From contig CAZMYM010000004.1 of the NCBI GenBank assembly GCA_964570515.1, forward strand, positions 15,937 to 79,936: a stretch of DNA of 64,000 bases, given 5' to 3'. Under the pieces are notes generated by a model. That model saw only the letters and a list, made by a program, of their open reading frames with translations, did no database searches and was not told where the DNA came from. This document shows, piece after piece, positions 27,602-37,743 of this stretch. The translations under genes were made by a program, and so were the position numbers. Position 1 is the first letter of the stretch, and every line of letters begins with the position of its first letter. The DNA is from an uncultured Thermotogae bacterium (GTDB lineage: Bacteria; Bipolaricaulota; Bipolaricaulia; UBA7950; UBA9294).

Positions 27602-28258
27602 GAGCCCGACCTCACGGCGACGTTTCTTCCGAAGCCGATCTTCGGCGAAGCGGGCAACGGAATGCACCTTCACCAGTACCTGGCGAAGGGCGGAGTCAAT
27701 CTGTTCCGAGACGGCAGCGAGCTGTCCGAGCTTGCGCTCTGCTACATCGGCGGACTGCTCACGCACGGACGAAGCCTGATGGGGTTGACGAATCCGTCGA
27801 CCAACTCGTATCGCCGCTTGGTGCCCGGACACGAAGCGCCCGTCAGCTTTCTGTTCGGCGCTGCAAATCGGAGTGCCGCGATACGCGTGCCCGCGTACGC
27901 CCGCGAAGATGAAATGCGTATCGAGCTCCGCACGATGGATGCAACCTGTAATCCGTATCTCGCATTTGCCGGGATCCTGCTTGCGGGGGTTGACGGGATT
28001 TTGCGCAATCTCAACGCGACGGAACTAGGATTGGGACCTTGCAAGGAGGACGTCTACGAGAAGGGTGCAGGCGACCCCGCTCCACGACGACTCACGGAAG
28101 CGCTCGAAGCCCTGGCCGATGATCGCGACTACCTCGTGGTGGACGGAGCGTTCACCGAGGACCTGCTCGACGCATGGATTCGGGCACAACGCCTCAACGC
28201 AGACGAGGTCGCAGCTCGCCCGCATTCGCACGAATTCTCGCTGTACTACGATCTGTAG
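27602..28258 (+). pseudogene. glnA: 5'-truncated type I glutamine synthetase (C-terminal about 215 aa only)
   Basis: The frame reads TFLPKPIFGEAGNGMHLHQ...NPSTNSYRRLVPGHEAPV...NRSAAIRVP...NPYLAFAGILLAGVDG. GS similarity starts about 40 nt after the preceding gene's stop, and the N-terminal beta-grasp and half of the catalytic domain are absent. Confidence 0.75.
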
Positions 28259-28342
28259 TCTGCGCGAACGCCCGCCAAGCAACGGCGATACCCCTCGCTG
28301 GCGGCGCGGGCAGCGCCACACGGCACACGCACGAGCTTCGGC

Positions 28343-28519
28343 CTACTTCTTCTTTCTCTCTTCCCTGTCGAGGTACTGGAGGATCGCTTCGACGACGAGG
28401 TAGTTGATCGAACGATCGACTCTCTTGGCGAGTCGATCGAGTCGTTCGATCGGCTTCCTGTCGAGCTTACTCTTCGGAATGTAGATTGACAGGGTAGTAA
28501 CTTCGCTCTTACGGACCAC
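28343..28519 (-). CDS. Ribbon-helix-helix (CopG/Arc/MetJ-like) protein, orphan
   Basis: GTG start after GGGAGGTG. VRKSEVTTLSIYIPKSKLDRKPIERLDRLAKRVDRSINYLVVEAILQYL fits beta-strand, helix, helix. Confidence 0.6.
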   Translation of the reverse strand: MVRKSEVTTLSIYIPKSKLDRKPIERLDRLAKRVDRSINYLVVEAILQYLDREERKKK

Positions 28520-28681
28520 CTCGCTCACCTCCCTTTGGCGCCGAAAGGCCCCTAAGTCATCCTGTAGCCTACAGCAAACCATGGGTTCGCGACAAATCGA
28601 GCGAGAATCAAACGAATGAGGGAGGTCCTAGACGGCCCCTCCCTCGCGTACTTGTGCCGAGGTCTGTCGGCGCTGGGATCT

Positions 28682-29383
28682 CTAGCGCACGACGAAACGG
28701 AACGTGTAGTAGATGATGGAACGCCCTTCGGGGCTTTTCACCATCATCTGTCCGCCGAACGGGATCCGCTCATCCTTGCACTCGTCGCCGAACGGGCGAG
28801 AAGCCTCCATTCGCGAGAGACCGCTGGGCCGCAGCTCGCCACACTCGATGGCGAGAACGAAGGTGAAGGTCCCGTCGTCGAGAACATCTGAAGACACGCT
28901 CCATCCAGCTTCCTGATCCCAGTCGAACTCGGACACAGGGATGATCGCGTCGAACAGGTCGCCGGACGGCGCAACGGAGATCGTTGTGCCGGGTGCTCCG
29001 AGATACGTGAGATTCTCCTCGCTTAGCACCTTGACCGTGTTGCCGTTCGGGAGCTGGATCGAGCAGCGATCCCACAGAATGTTGATCACGTCGCCCGATA
29101 CGTTGTGCAGCCAGAACGGTAGGCGGCTCTGCAGCCCCTCCTCCGAGTACGATGCGTCGAAGGCGATTCGGATCGTCCCATCCTGGAAGACGGCCTTCTC
29201 CGAATAGACGGGATCGAGCATTTCCAGCGTGTCTTCCTGGAGGACCGTCACTTCTCCCGAGGCGATCACTTCCGGTTCCAATTGAACAACGGGTTCCTGC
29301 GTGGTCGGAGCGACGACCATCCCCACCAGCAGAATGGCCCCCATGATGGCGGCGATCACTGCCACTTTGCCTAGATCGTTCAC
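28682..29383 (-). CDS. N-terminally membrane-anchored hypothetical protein
   Basis: MNDLGKVAVIAAIMGAILLVGMVVA anchor. No domain recognised. Confidence 0.5.
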   Translation of the reverse strand: MNDLGKVAVIAAIMGAILLVGMVVAPTTQEPVVQLEPEVIASGEVTVLQEDTLEMLDPVYSEKAVFQDGTIRIAFDASYSEEGLQSRLPFWLHNVSGDVINILWDRCSIQLPNGNTVKVLSEENLTYLGAPGTTISVAPSGDLFDAIIPVSEFDWDQEAGWSVSSDVLDDGTFTFVLAIECGELRPSGLSRMEASRPFGDECKDERIPFGGQMMVKSPEGRSIIYYTFRFVVR

Positions 29384-30271
29384 GTTCTCTCACCCCTTTG
29401 CCGACAGAGTTCGCCGGAATCGTTTCATGCTAGCCGGTCTAGCGTGCTGAAGTGCGCGCCGTGTGGCCCTTTGCGAACAGACGTCTGTCCCTCGTGACTC
29501 GGCGAGGAAATCCGCGGTTCCGGCGTGTCGAGGTGTCGACGACGTCAGATTGGACCGAAGTTGAGGTGGACGGGGCCGATTGGACTGTCGACTGGTTAGC
29601 GGCGGACATCAACGTGCCCATGCTGCACGTGTATACCACGACGGGACTGCGGCTTGAGAAGCCCTGCTGCACGGAGACGCGGGCGACCGTTCAGTTCGAT
29701 CTCCTTGTGTCCCCATCTGGGGCGTAGGAGGCCACGTGGACAATCGGCAAGGGCGGCCACGGGATGACGCAGGTGAAGGTCTTCGCGGTACCTGGCGGCA
29801 ACGAAGAGGAGCCGATTCGGCTTGCAGCAATCCAGCTACGCGAGAAGGACGGCCTGGAGGTCTACGACCTGATCAAGCCGCAGGCTGTTGCATGAGAGCG
29901 GTCGCCGGATTGAAGCGCCCTCACGACCATCCGTGCCATTGCCCCACTCACAAGCCTCAAGACGCTGCAGCTCTCCAGCAGCGTCGTGTTCGACCTCACT
30001 CCACTGCAGGACCTTGCTCGTCTTCAGTAGCCAGGAGTAGCCCGATAGCGAACGTCCATGCGCTTCAATCCTTGCCGAAACCGAGGCATCTTCACCGGAG
30101 GACAACGCCATCGAGGACATCACCGGGCTCGTCGACGACCCTCCCAGGTGGGTTCGAGGCCGCCTGGCGATTCCGCTCTGGTGACCCTCTTCTCTCCTCC
30201 TACCTCGACTCGCCGCCCTGCAAGCAGTATTGCGGAACCTGACACGTTGGTCTGGCACTCGTGCCGCTCGG

Positions 30272-31018
30272 CTATCCACCACCGATGTTGATTGTGGGGC
30301 GGTCGTCGGTAGACGGTGAAGAGAGCTCATAGAGGGCGAACTCCTCGAAGTAGATGCGCACGGGAACCTGATCGAACGAACCTGCGGCGAGACCCACCAA
30401 CCAGGTGTCCGTTGTGCCGCGACGGACTGTCGTGGGCGTTCCGGTTACCACCGCCAAGTCGGATGAAGCGCCCATCTTGAATGTTCCCGCGCTGCTGTTG
30501 TTGATCCGGACCTCGACCGTATCGCCTTCGACGGTCAGGCGCAGGGTGTTTGTCACTGCTTCTCCCTGTTTGACGCGCCTGCTCTCCTTCCAGTCTATCG
30601 GCGACGTCTGCCACTTGCCGCCGAGCTGCGATTGCACAGAGAACCACCCGGTCGGCGTGATCGTGAAGAGCAAGAAGTTGTCATTGTCGATACCCCAGAT
30701 GATGCCGTAGTTCGAGCCCGTGCTGAATCCGCGTGCTGAGCCAGAGATCTCGACGATGAAGTTGTCGGGAACATCGTCGTGCGGAGCCCAGCTCCACCAC
30801 AAGTAGTAGTCTTTGGTGAGCTTCACTTGGTACTTCCCATTGCGGTATGAAACCGATCCCGTGTCGCTCTCGTCCTCCAGCCACCCGCTTCCCGGATTGT
30901 CGAAGCGGTCATAGTAGATTGCCTCGATTTCCGTCGCGTGGAGGATCACGGCGATCACGAGAACGCCGACGAGTCCAAGCATCACGCCAAGAACAACCCC
31001 GCGGTTTGTGTTGATCAT
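30272..31018 (-). CDS. Membrane-anchored protein with a jelly-roll (LamG/DUF1080-like) module shared with the C-terminus of the C11 peptidase
   Basis: TM anchor VVLGVMLGLVGVLVIAVIL. FDNPGSGWL...YRNGKYQV...NFIVEIS...YGIIWG...NFLLFTI...GW aligns with 36000-36560. Confidence 0.6.
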   Translation of the reverse strand: MINTNRGVVLGVMLGLVGVLVIAVILHATEIEAIYYDRFDNPGSGWLEDESDTGSVSYRNGKYQVKLTKDYYLWWSWAPHDDVPDNFIVEISGSARGFSTGSNYGIIWGIDNDNFLLFTITPTGWFSVQSQLGGKWQTSPIDWKESRRVKQGEAVTNTLRLTVEGDTVEVRINNSSAGTFKMGASSDLAVVTGTPTTVRRGTTDTWLVGLAAGSFDQVPVRIYFEEFALYELSSPSTDDRPTINIGGG

Positions 31019-31839
31019 TTCGGTGCAGGCAGCCTCCTTCAGAGTAACGCCGTAGCTGTGGCCAGTGTAAGAAATCCGTCGAGTGTGGGCAAGAAAGCAT
31101 CTGCTCGCGCGATAGGGGGAAACCTGTGACTTGGTTTCCGGGAGTAAGCCTCAAGGAGACGGCCCTGACGTCGGGATTCAGCCCGTCAACGGGGCGCGGC
31201 CCATCACTCTCGGAGGAGTGGCAACAGAAGACGGCCGATATCGCAGGAGAGCATGCAGAAGAAGATGCCTGTGCATGTGAGGTTCTGTATGGTTCTGCGG
31301 CACAAGGCGTGGAACGCCAGGCGTTGTCGGATGTGGTGGAGAGCCTTGCGACCGACGGGCTCCTGCGGAGGTCAGCGAAGAATAAAGGGGCGAGGGAGAG
31401 ACGAGTCGCCTATCGCCAGGCAAGATACGGTTCTTGGGTGCGAAATCCTTTGGTCGTCGGTGACGCGAATCGTCACCGTGTCACACGTGGAACTCGGAGC
31501 CAAGACGTCGAAAACGTCCCTCCTCCCGACAATGGGGGGGGCGGCATCGATGAAGCCTACCGATCTCACGGGAAAGAACGAAGACTCGTTCTGCGCACGT
31601 ATGTATCCGTCGACGTCGATCTCCGCGCCGACAAGATGCGTGATCCCGATACGCACTTCGGACAGATAGCCCAACATGCTCCCACCGCAACACCCGAGTA
31701 CGTTCGCGTCTTGGATCCTGCGAGATCGGTTTCCAGTGCACCTGCTACCCACGTTGGTAGCACCGAGATGTCGGCTCCGCTTTCCAGATTGTCCAGTTTC
31801 GCAGTACTGTCTACAGTTGGCGAGCTGAAGGAGGAGAGG

Positions 31840-32584
31840 ATGAGGGAGTTCATCAAGAAGCGGCCGGTGCTGAATTTCTCGGTGTTCATCGTCGTGTGGA
31901 CCTGGATTCTCATGGCGGTGATCATCGCGCTCGTTCCGGTCGATCCGGTAGCAGGACCGCAATTCGTGCATGTTGCCCTTGTCTTCTTTGTGGCGAGTGC
32001 GTCCTATCTGGTACGCGGCTTCCTTCCTGTTCATCCCCGCCGTCATCGCGGCGAGCGTCCTGATCCGAGGGCTCTTCGGCGCGGATCTCACGGGACTCGA
32101 TGTGCTGGGATAACTAGCCTTTGCGGTCCCAATCGCCCTGCTCGCGGCTGTCATGGAGGAGTTCGGCTGGCGCGGGTTCATGCTGCCGAGGTTGTTGGAG
32201 CGAGGTAGTGCGCTCAAGGCCGCCCTCATTGTCGGCGTAGTGTGGGCGCTCTGGCACGCACCGATCAACTACATGGGCCTCTCCAAGTACGGTTGGCAGG
32301 CGTTGCCGATCCTCCTTGTCCTGGCGATCCTACCGATCGCACAGACGGTGCCGATGGTGTGGATCCACAACAGCGCGAAGCAGAGCATGCTGATGATGGT
32401 TCTGACGCACGTCAGCATCACCGGCGGGTTCATCATCTTCGCGTTGCCCAATGCCAACGCGGCGGCCGAGCTGAGGGGAGATCTGTTCACCGCGGGGACG
32501 CTCGCCCTCGCGGCGATCGTCATCGTTGCCGTATTCGGTGCGAAGCGACTGACCCGCTCGATGAAGCCGAGAGCAGGCGCATGA
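31840..32584 (+). pseudogene. CPBP-family intramembrane glutamic endopeptidase (CAAX protease/Abi-like), disrupted
   Basis: Good start (GAAGGAGGAGAGG-ATG, MREFIKKRPVLNFSVFIVVWTWILMAVII). The frame is lost near 32005 and there is an in-frame TAA at 32111-32113. The downstream part carries EEFGWRGF and WALWHAPINY motifs. Confidence 0.65.
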
Positions 32585-33615
32585 AGGCCGTCGCTTTCGA
32601 ACGATACGGATCTCCGAACGTGCTGTCGCTCCGGGACATTGACACTCCGGCCCCGCGGGATGACGAGATTCTCGTTAAGGTCCGCGCAGCCGCGGTGAAT
32701 CCGCAGGACTGGCATTGCCTGCGGGGCAGGCCGCTCTTGGCCCGGCTGTTGGTTGGCGGGTTGCTGAAGCCGGGGCATCAGGTCCTGGGCTCGGATATTG
32801 CAGGGACCGTTGAGGCGGTCGGGGCGACCGTCGCGCGGTTCGCACCGGGTGATGACGTGTTCGCGATGAGTTTCAAGCACGGGGCGTTCGCCGAGTACGC
32901 CGTCCTCCCGGCTTCCGCGGTGGTCGCTGTGAAGCCGTCGGCGCTTCCCTTCGAAGAGGCGGCCGCTGTGCCGATGGCGGGCGTGATGGCGTTGATGGGG
33001 CTTCGGGATCAGGCGAAGCTCAAGCCGGGGCAGAAAGTGCTGATCAATGGCGCATCCGGTGGGATCGGAACGTTCGCGGTGCAGATTGCGGTGGCCCTCG
33101 GAGCCGAGGTGACCGGCGTGTGCAGCACGCGGAATCTGGATTTGGTGCGCTCACTCGGCGCGGATCGGGTGATCGACTACACGAAGACGGACTTCACCCG
33201 CGAGGACACGCGTTACGACCTGATCTTCGACGTGGTGGCGAAACGCACATTCGGCGAGTGTCGGCGTGCGCTGACCCGCAACGGGATCTACGTCAGCACG
33301 GCCTTCTCTCTGGGCCTTTTGCTTCGGTCGTTGTGGGTCGCGCTGACGAGCGGCAGGAGGCTGAAACCGATGCTCCAGCGCCCCACCCAGGCCGACCTGG
33401 CCGTCGTAAGAGAACTCATCGAAGCCGGTGCCGTCCGTGCAGTCATCGATCGACGCTACCCGCTGGCTGAGGTGCCGGAGGCCATCTTGTATGTCGAGAA
33501 GGGCCACGCGCGGGGGAAGGTTGTCATCGAGGTGGCGTCCGGAAGCGAGGGGCAGCATGAAGATCGTCGCGGTGATGGGCAGCTACCGCTGGACAGGGCA
33601 AACGGCTCCCTTTGA
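32581..33615 (+). CDS. Zinc-type alcohol dehydrogenase / NADPH:quinone oxidoreductase family (MDR) protein
   Basis: MKAVAFERYGSPNVLSL..., INGASGGIGTFAVQIA Rossmann motif, GHARGKVVIEV. The 3' end reads through into a 25-codon fragment of an FMN-reductase gene start (33557-33634, other frame). Confidence 0.8.
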   Translation: MKAVAFERYGSPNVLSLRDIDTPAPRDDEILVKVRAAAVNPQDWHCLRGRPLLARLLVGGLLKPGHQVLGSDIAGTVEAVGATVARFAPGDDVFAMSFKHGAFAEYAVLPASAVVAVKPSALPFEEAAAVPMAGVMALMGLRDQAKLKPGQKVLINGASGGIGTFAVQIAVALGAEVTGVCSTRNLDLVRSLGADRVIDYTKTDFTREDTRYDLIFDVVAKRTFGECRRALTRNGIYVSTAFSLGLLLRSLWVALTSGRRLKPMLQRPTQADLAVVRELIEAGAVRAVIDRRYPLAEVPEAILYVEKGHARGKVVIEVASGSEGQHEDRRGDGQLPLDRANGSL

Positions 33616-33847
33616 CAAGATGATGGTGACCTAAGCAGCCGATCGAGGTCGGCGCGCAAGGCTGCGGGGAGCGCTCCACGGGTTTCTCGCAGGGCCTCGT
33701 ATTCCTGATCAGGTGACCTCACTCGTCGCTCCTTTGGATCGTGAGCCTCTCTGAGACCCTCAGTTGACCTGCGGCCGCGACCCTCGCTAGGATGGCGTTC
33801 TCCCAATTCCTAAGGTGGCAAGACGGGAACGGCAAAAGGAGGTGCAC

Positions 33848-36571
33848 ATGTTTCATTCCCGGAACCGAAGGCGGCTGGCGTCCGTGGGAATCGCTCTTGT
33901 TGTGTCAGTCTTCTCGCTGGTGGCGTGCGTCGCCCAGGTGGTCGCGGACGACGCGTCGTGGTTGATCTTGCTCTATTTCGACGCGGATGATGAGATGCTC
34001 GAGCAGAGCATCTGGGCGGACTTGAACGAGGCCGAGTGGGTCGGGTCGACCGATGAGGTGACCATTGTCGCGCAGCTCGATCGGTACGATGGCGGATTCG
34101 AAGGAGACGGCGGCTGGTCGACGACTCGCCGATACCGGATCACACGCGATGACGACTTCTTTGCCCTTGGCTCGCCCGTCCTGATGGAGCTGGGTGAGGT
34201 GAACATGGGCCGCGGGCAGACGCTTGTGGACTTCGCCACCTGGGCGATCGCAACGTATCCAGCCGATCGCGTCGGTCTCATCCTGTCCGACCACGGGGCC
34301 GGGTGGCCCGGCGGCTGGTACGACCACGAACCACCACCGGCGGACAACCTCGCGCTATCTGAGTTGGATGGGGCACTTCAGGAGATCCGCGACCAAACGG
34401 GGCTCGCTCGGTTCGATCTAATCGGCTTCGACGCCTGCCTGATGTCGCACCTCGAGGTGGCCAGCGCCGTCGCCCCACATGCGCGGGTCATGGTGGCGTC
34501 GCAAGAGGTCGAACCCGGGATCGGTTGGGCCTACGCGGCGTTTCTCGACGACCTGACCAACAGACCGCAGATGACGGCTGCGGAGTTGGCGGGTTCGATC
34601 GTCGCGAGTTACCTCGAAGGAGATCGCACCATCGTCGATCCGCGAGTCCGGACGCTGTTCTTCATGGAGCAGTTCTACGAGATGACGGACGAGGCGCGGA
34701 GTGTCGTTCGCCAGGCGAATGCGAGCCAGCTCGCTCAGATCATTGAGGACGTCGGGGTCGCCAGCGAGGCCGACATGCTCGAGTCCCTTGGGATTGCCGC
34801 CAGCACGCTGGCCGCGATTGATCTCACCCGGCTCGATTCGGTCCACGCCGCCCTTGACGGGTTCGTCTCCGTGATTCAAGAAATTGACCAGGCCGCCATC
34901 GCCGAGGCCCGTGCCTACGCGCAATCGTTCGAGAGCGTGTTTGGTGAAGACGTGCCGCCGTCCTACATCGACCTCGGACACTTCGTGCGTCTCGTCCAGG
35001 CCGAAGCCGGCGATTCGGCGATTGCCAACGTAGCGACGGCGCTTCTTGATGCGATCGATCGCGCAGTGGTCGCCGAGCGGCACGGCAATGCACGGATGGG
35101 AGCTTCGGGTCTTTCGATCTATTTCCCCAACGCCGCGCTATTCGGTGGCGACCAATCCGGCCTCGCCGCGTATCGGGGAACCGCGGATCGGTTCGCGCTT
35201 CGCTCAACGTGGGACGACTATCTTTCGTATCACTTCATCGGCGGGGAGATCTCCGCTCCGGGGCAAGGAGAGATCACGATCCTGCCGCTTTCCACCACCG
35301 ATACCGTCCTCGCGCCGGGCGAGATCGCGGTGATCGATACGGAGATCACCGGTGACAACATCGGCTTCGTCTACCTGTTTGTCGGTCTGCACTTCCCGGA
35401 GGACAACTCGTTCTTGATCGTCGACCGCGACTTCGTCGAGGAGGAATCGAAGCTCGTCGGCGGGGTCTACTTGCCCGATTGGCCGAAGGACGAGGCGATC
35501 ACGCTGTCGTTCGTGTGGAAAGCAGAACTGTGGAGCATCGACGACGAACAGACGAGCGAATTCGTGCTGATCCCTCCGGAGTCGTTCGGTGCTTCGCCGG
35601 AGCTGGCCACCTACGGTGTCGAGGGGGTTTATCTGTTTGCCGAAAGCGGCGAAACCCGCGATGCGATGGCGATCTTCCAGGACGGAGAACTGCAACGGGT
35701 GATTGGTTTCGCGAGCGAAGACGGGGTCGGCGCCCCGCGGCAGATCCAGATTCGCCCGGGAGACATGTTTACCGCGCTCCATCACTGGTTGAACATCGTC
35801 GACGAGACCACGGCAGAGGTCGAGTACTCGACCAGCGAGGGACCGACGTTCACATTCGGCGGAGAGCCGCTCACGTGGGACACGTTCCCCGCGTTCACCG
35901 GGGATTACCTCGTCGGCTTTCAGGTTGAGGATCTGGAAGGATCGGTGACCGAGGAGTACGTTTGGTATACCGTGTCCGACGATCCCGCCCTGCTGTGGAC
36001 CGAGGGCACGTTGTTTCGTGACAACTTCGTGCCAGGAGAGAGCGACTGGCTCGTCGAGGATTGGGGCACCGGCGCCGCGTACTACATCGAGGATCTGCAG
36101 CGCTACGGCCTGTGGGTTGGTGACGCAGGCTCGTACAGTCTGGCGTGGTCCCCGCACGCCGACACGTACCCGGGCAGCTTCGTGGTGGAGGTCGACGCGG
36201 CGCTCGACTCCGGTCCGGAGGACGGTGAGTACGGCATCGTGTGGGGGCCGGACTCGGAGACGTTCTACGCGCTTCAGGTCAGCGCCGACGGGTGGTGCAA
36301 GCTCGAGTGGCTGCTGGACGGGGAATGGCAGCCGCGAGTGCTCGACTGGACGGAGTGTCCGGAGGCTCTGGTGGGATACCAGGCGAACCAGCTTCGCGTC
36401 GTCGTCAACGGAGACGAGATTACGCTTGTCGTCAACGAGGGGGTCGTCGCCACCATCGCCAGTCCGAATCTCGGCCCGGGGCAGATCGGCGTCATCGCCG
36501 AGACGTACGAGACGCCGGACGTCTGGACCTGGTTCGACAACTTCCAGGTCTGGACGCTGGAGGGCGGCTAG
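33848..36571 (+). CDS. Clostripain-family (C11) cysteine peptidase with large C-terminal extension ending in a jelly-roll module
   Basis: AAAGGAGGTG RBS and a signal/anchor sequence. LILSDHGAGW (catalytic His region) and LIGFDACLMS (catalytic Cys region). Confidence 0.75.
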   Translation: MFHSRNRRRLASVGIALVVSVFSLVACVAQVVADDASWLILLYFDADDEMLEQSIWADLNEAEWVGSTDEVTIVAQLDRYDGGFEGDGGWSTTRRYRITRDDDFFALGSPVLMELGEVNMGRGQTLVDFATWAIATYPADRVGLILSDHGAGWPGGWYDHEPPPADNLALSELDGALQEIRDQTGLARFDLIGFDACLMSHLEVASAVAPHARVMVASQEVEPGIGWAYAAFLDDLTNRPQMTAAELAGSIVASYLEGDRTIVDPRVRTLFFMEQFYEMTDEARSVVRQANASQLAQIIEDVGVASEADMLESLGIAASTLAAIDLTRLDSVHAALDGFVSVIQEIDQAAIAEARAYAQSFESVFGEDVPPSYIDLGHFVRLVQAEAGDSAIANVATALLDAIDRAVVAERHGNARMGASGLSIYFPNAALFGGDQSGLAAYRGTADRFALRSTWDDYLSYHFIGGEISAPGQGEITILPLSTTDTVLAPGEIAVIDTEITGDNIGFVYLFVGLHFPEDNSFLIVDRDFVEEESKLVGGVYLPDWPKDEAITLSFVWKAELWSIDDEQTSEFVLIPPESFGASPELATYGVEGVYLFAESGETRDAMAIFQDGELQRVIGFASEDGVGAPRQIQIRPGDMFTALHHWLNIVDETTAEVEYSTSEGPTFTFGGEPLTWDTFPAFTGDYLVGFQVEDLEGSVTEEYVWYTVSDDPALLWTEGTLFRDNFVPGESDWLVEDWGTGAAYYIEDLQRYGLWVGDAGSYSLAWSPHADTYPGSFVVEVDAALDSGPEDGEYGIVWGPDSETFYALQVSADGWCKLEWLLDGEWQPRVLDWTECPEALVGYQANQLRVVVNGDEITLVVNEGVVATIASPNLGPGQIGVIAETYETPDVWTWFDNFQVWTLEGG

Positions 36572-36811
36572 GAGACCGCTTCCGTTGCGTTCGCCGATTG
36601 CCGTGAGGCCACGTGCGGAGGTTGGGCGACGGGGACTGCCGTGAGTCGGACCGTTACGGCGAGCGAGCGTTTCGGCTCCACGAGAAAGACCCCGCCTTCG
36701 TCTCAGAGGTGAGTTCACGTCCGCCGTGTCAGGGCCGGTCGTCCAGACTGGCTCTGAGAAGCAAACTGAGCATCTGCGGCTGACCATGTGGAACCACGAA
36801 GGGGGATCGGA

Positions 36812-37258
36812 ATGAGTGACCGAGCGAAACAGATCCTTAGCTTCGCCGTTGCGAAGGAGACGGCGGCCGAGCAGTTCTACCTTCGCTGGGCCGACCGCTG
36901 TGAGGATGGAGACGTGGAGCGCCTCCTCAGGGAGCTGGCAGCGGAAGAGCGCGTCCACATCGAGAAGCTATCCAACATCGCGCCCGAAGCGCTCGTCGCC
37001 GAGGGCACGGCGCCGGCGGAGTTTGGACTCGTGAAGGAGCTGCCTGAGGCGCCCGACGAACGAGAGATGACGGTCTTGGATGCGCTGTCGGTGGCCATCA
37101 AGCGGGAAGAAACAGCAGTCGCCCTCTATGAACGAATGCGTGGCGCTTCGACGACTGAAGAGGGCCTGTTCGCGGCCCTCGTCGAGGAGGAGAGGCGCCA
37201 CAAGCACCGTTTGGAGCTGAAGTACGCGCTGCTCAAAAGCCGGCTAGAGAGGGGGTAG
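36812..37258 (+). CDS. Ferritin-like / rubrerythrin-family protein
   Basis: Two E-x-x-H-type helices (AAEERVHIEKL; EEERRHKHRLE) in a four-helix-bundle-sized protein. Confidence 0.55.
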   Translation: MSDRAKQILSFAVAKETAAEQFYLRWADRCEDGDVERLLRELAAEERVHIEKLSNIAPEALVAEGTAPAEFGLVKELPEAPDEREMTVLDALSVAIKREETAVALYERMRGASTTEEGLFAALVEEERRHKHRLELKYALLKSRLERG

Positions 37259-37352
37259 GAGCGAGGTGCTGAAGCTGGGAACTTTCGTGAACGGTCCGAG
37301 GTCGGCAAGCTTCGCGTCGTGATCGACATCCAGGCCTCAATGGGAGGGTGAG

Positions 37353-37703
37353 ATGAAGATCGTAGCGCTCATGGGGAGTTACCGGAAAGGTAAGACGATC
37401 GACACCCTCGTCAATCGAGCGATCAAAGGCGTACGAAGCGGCGATCCAGGGGGCGAAGTCGAGAAGATCGTGCTGATCGACCGGCACATCGAGTACTGCC
37501 GCAACTGCGGTGTCTGTCGGAACGATGACCCCGGCAAGCGGATCGCTCGTTGTGCCATTGACGATGACATGCAGCGGCGGGAATCCCAAGGGGGCTGGCG
37601 GCTTCTGGCGCGGCCTGGGCCGGGCGGGTACACTCGGGCTCAGATTCTGCAAGCAGTTCACTCGCATACCGACAAAACACCCATTGCAGACAACCCGAGC
37701 TGA
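37353..37703 (+). pseudogene. NADPH-dependent FMN reductase / flavodoxin-like protein, apparently C-terminally truncated
   Basis: MKIVALMGSYRKGKTIDTLV...CRNCGVCRNDD...CAIDDDM is a typical N-terminal half. After about 73 aa the sequence turns into Gly/Arg junk, and the helicase gene's RBS follows. Confidence 0.45.
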
Positions 37704-37743
37704 GCGTGCGACTTGGCTCAACGGAGCCAAGGAGTGTTTCCTA

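Noticed and set aside
29764-30030. 43-aa ORF MTQVKVFAVPGGNEEEPIRLAAIQLREKDGLEVYDLIKPQAVA and an adjacent 38-aa LRR-like fragment (..LTSLKTLQLSSSVVFDLTPLQDLARLQ)
   Set aside because: Both are short, have no RBS, compete with overlapping antisense ORFs, and cannot be supported without homology searches. They are possibly further gene debris.
31126-31839. First 238 codons of the 360-aa ORF 31126..32208
   Set aside because: There is no RBS and no coding-like composition. The credible coding part starts only at ATG 31840, which has a strong SD and TM helices.
35204-36958. 584-aa minus-strand ORF (the same applies to 47877..49217 - 446 aa, 14996..16174 - 392 aa and 21907..23160 + 417 aa)
   Set aside because: All are antisense to genes with recognisable domains, and their compositions are dominated by R/P/G/H.
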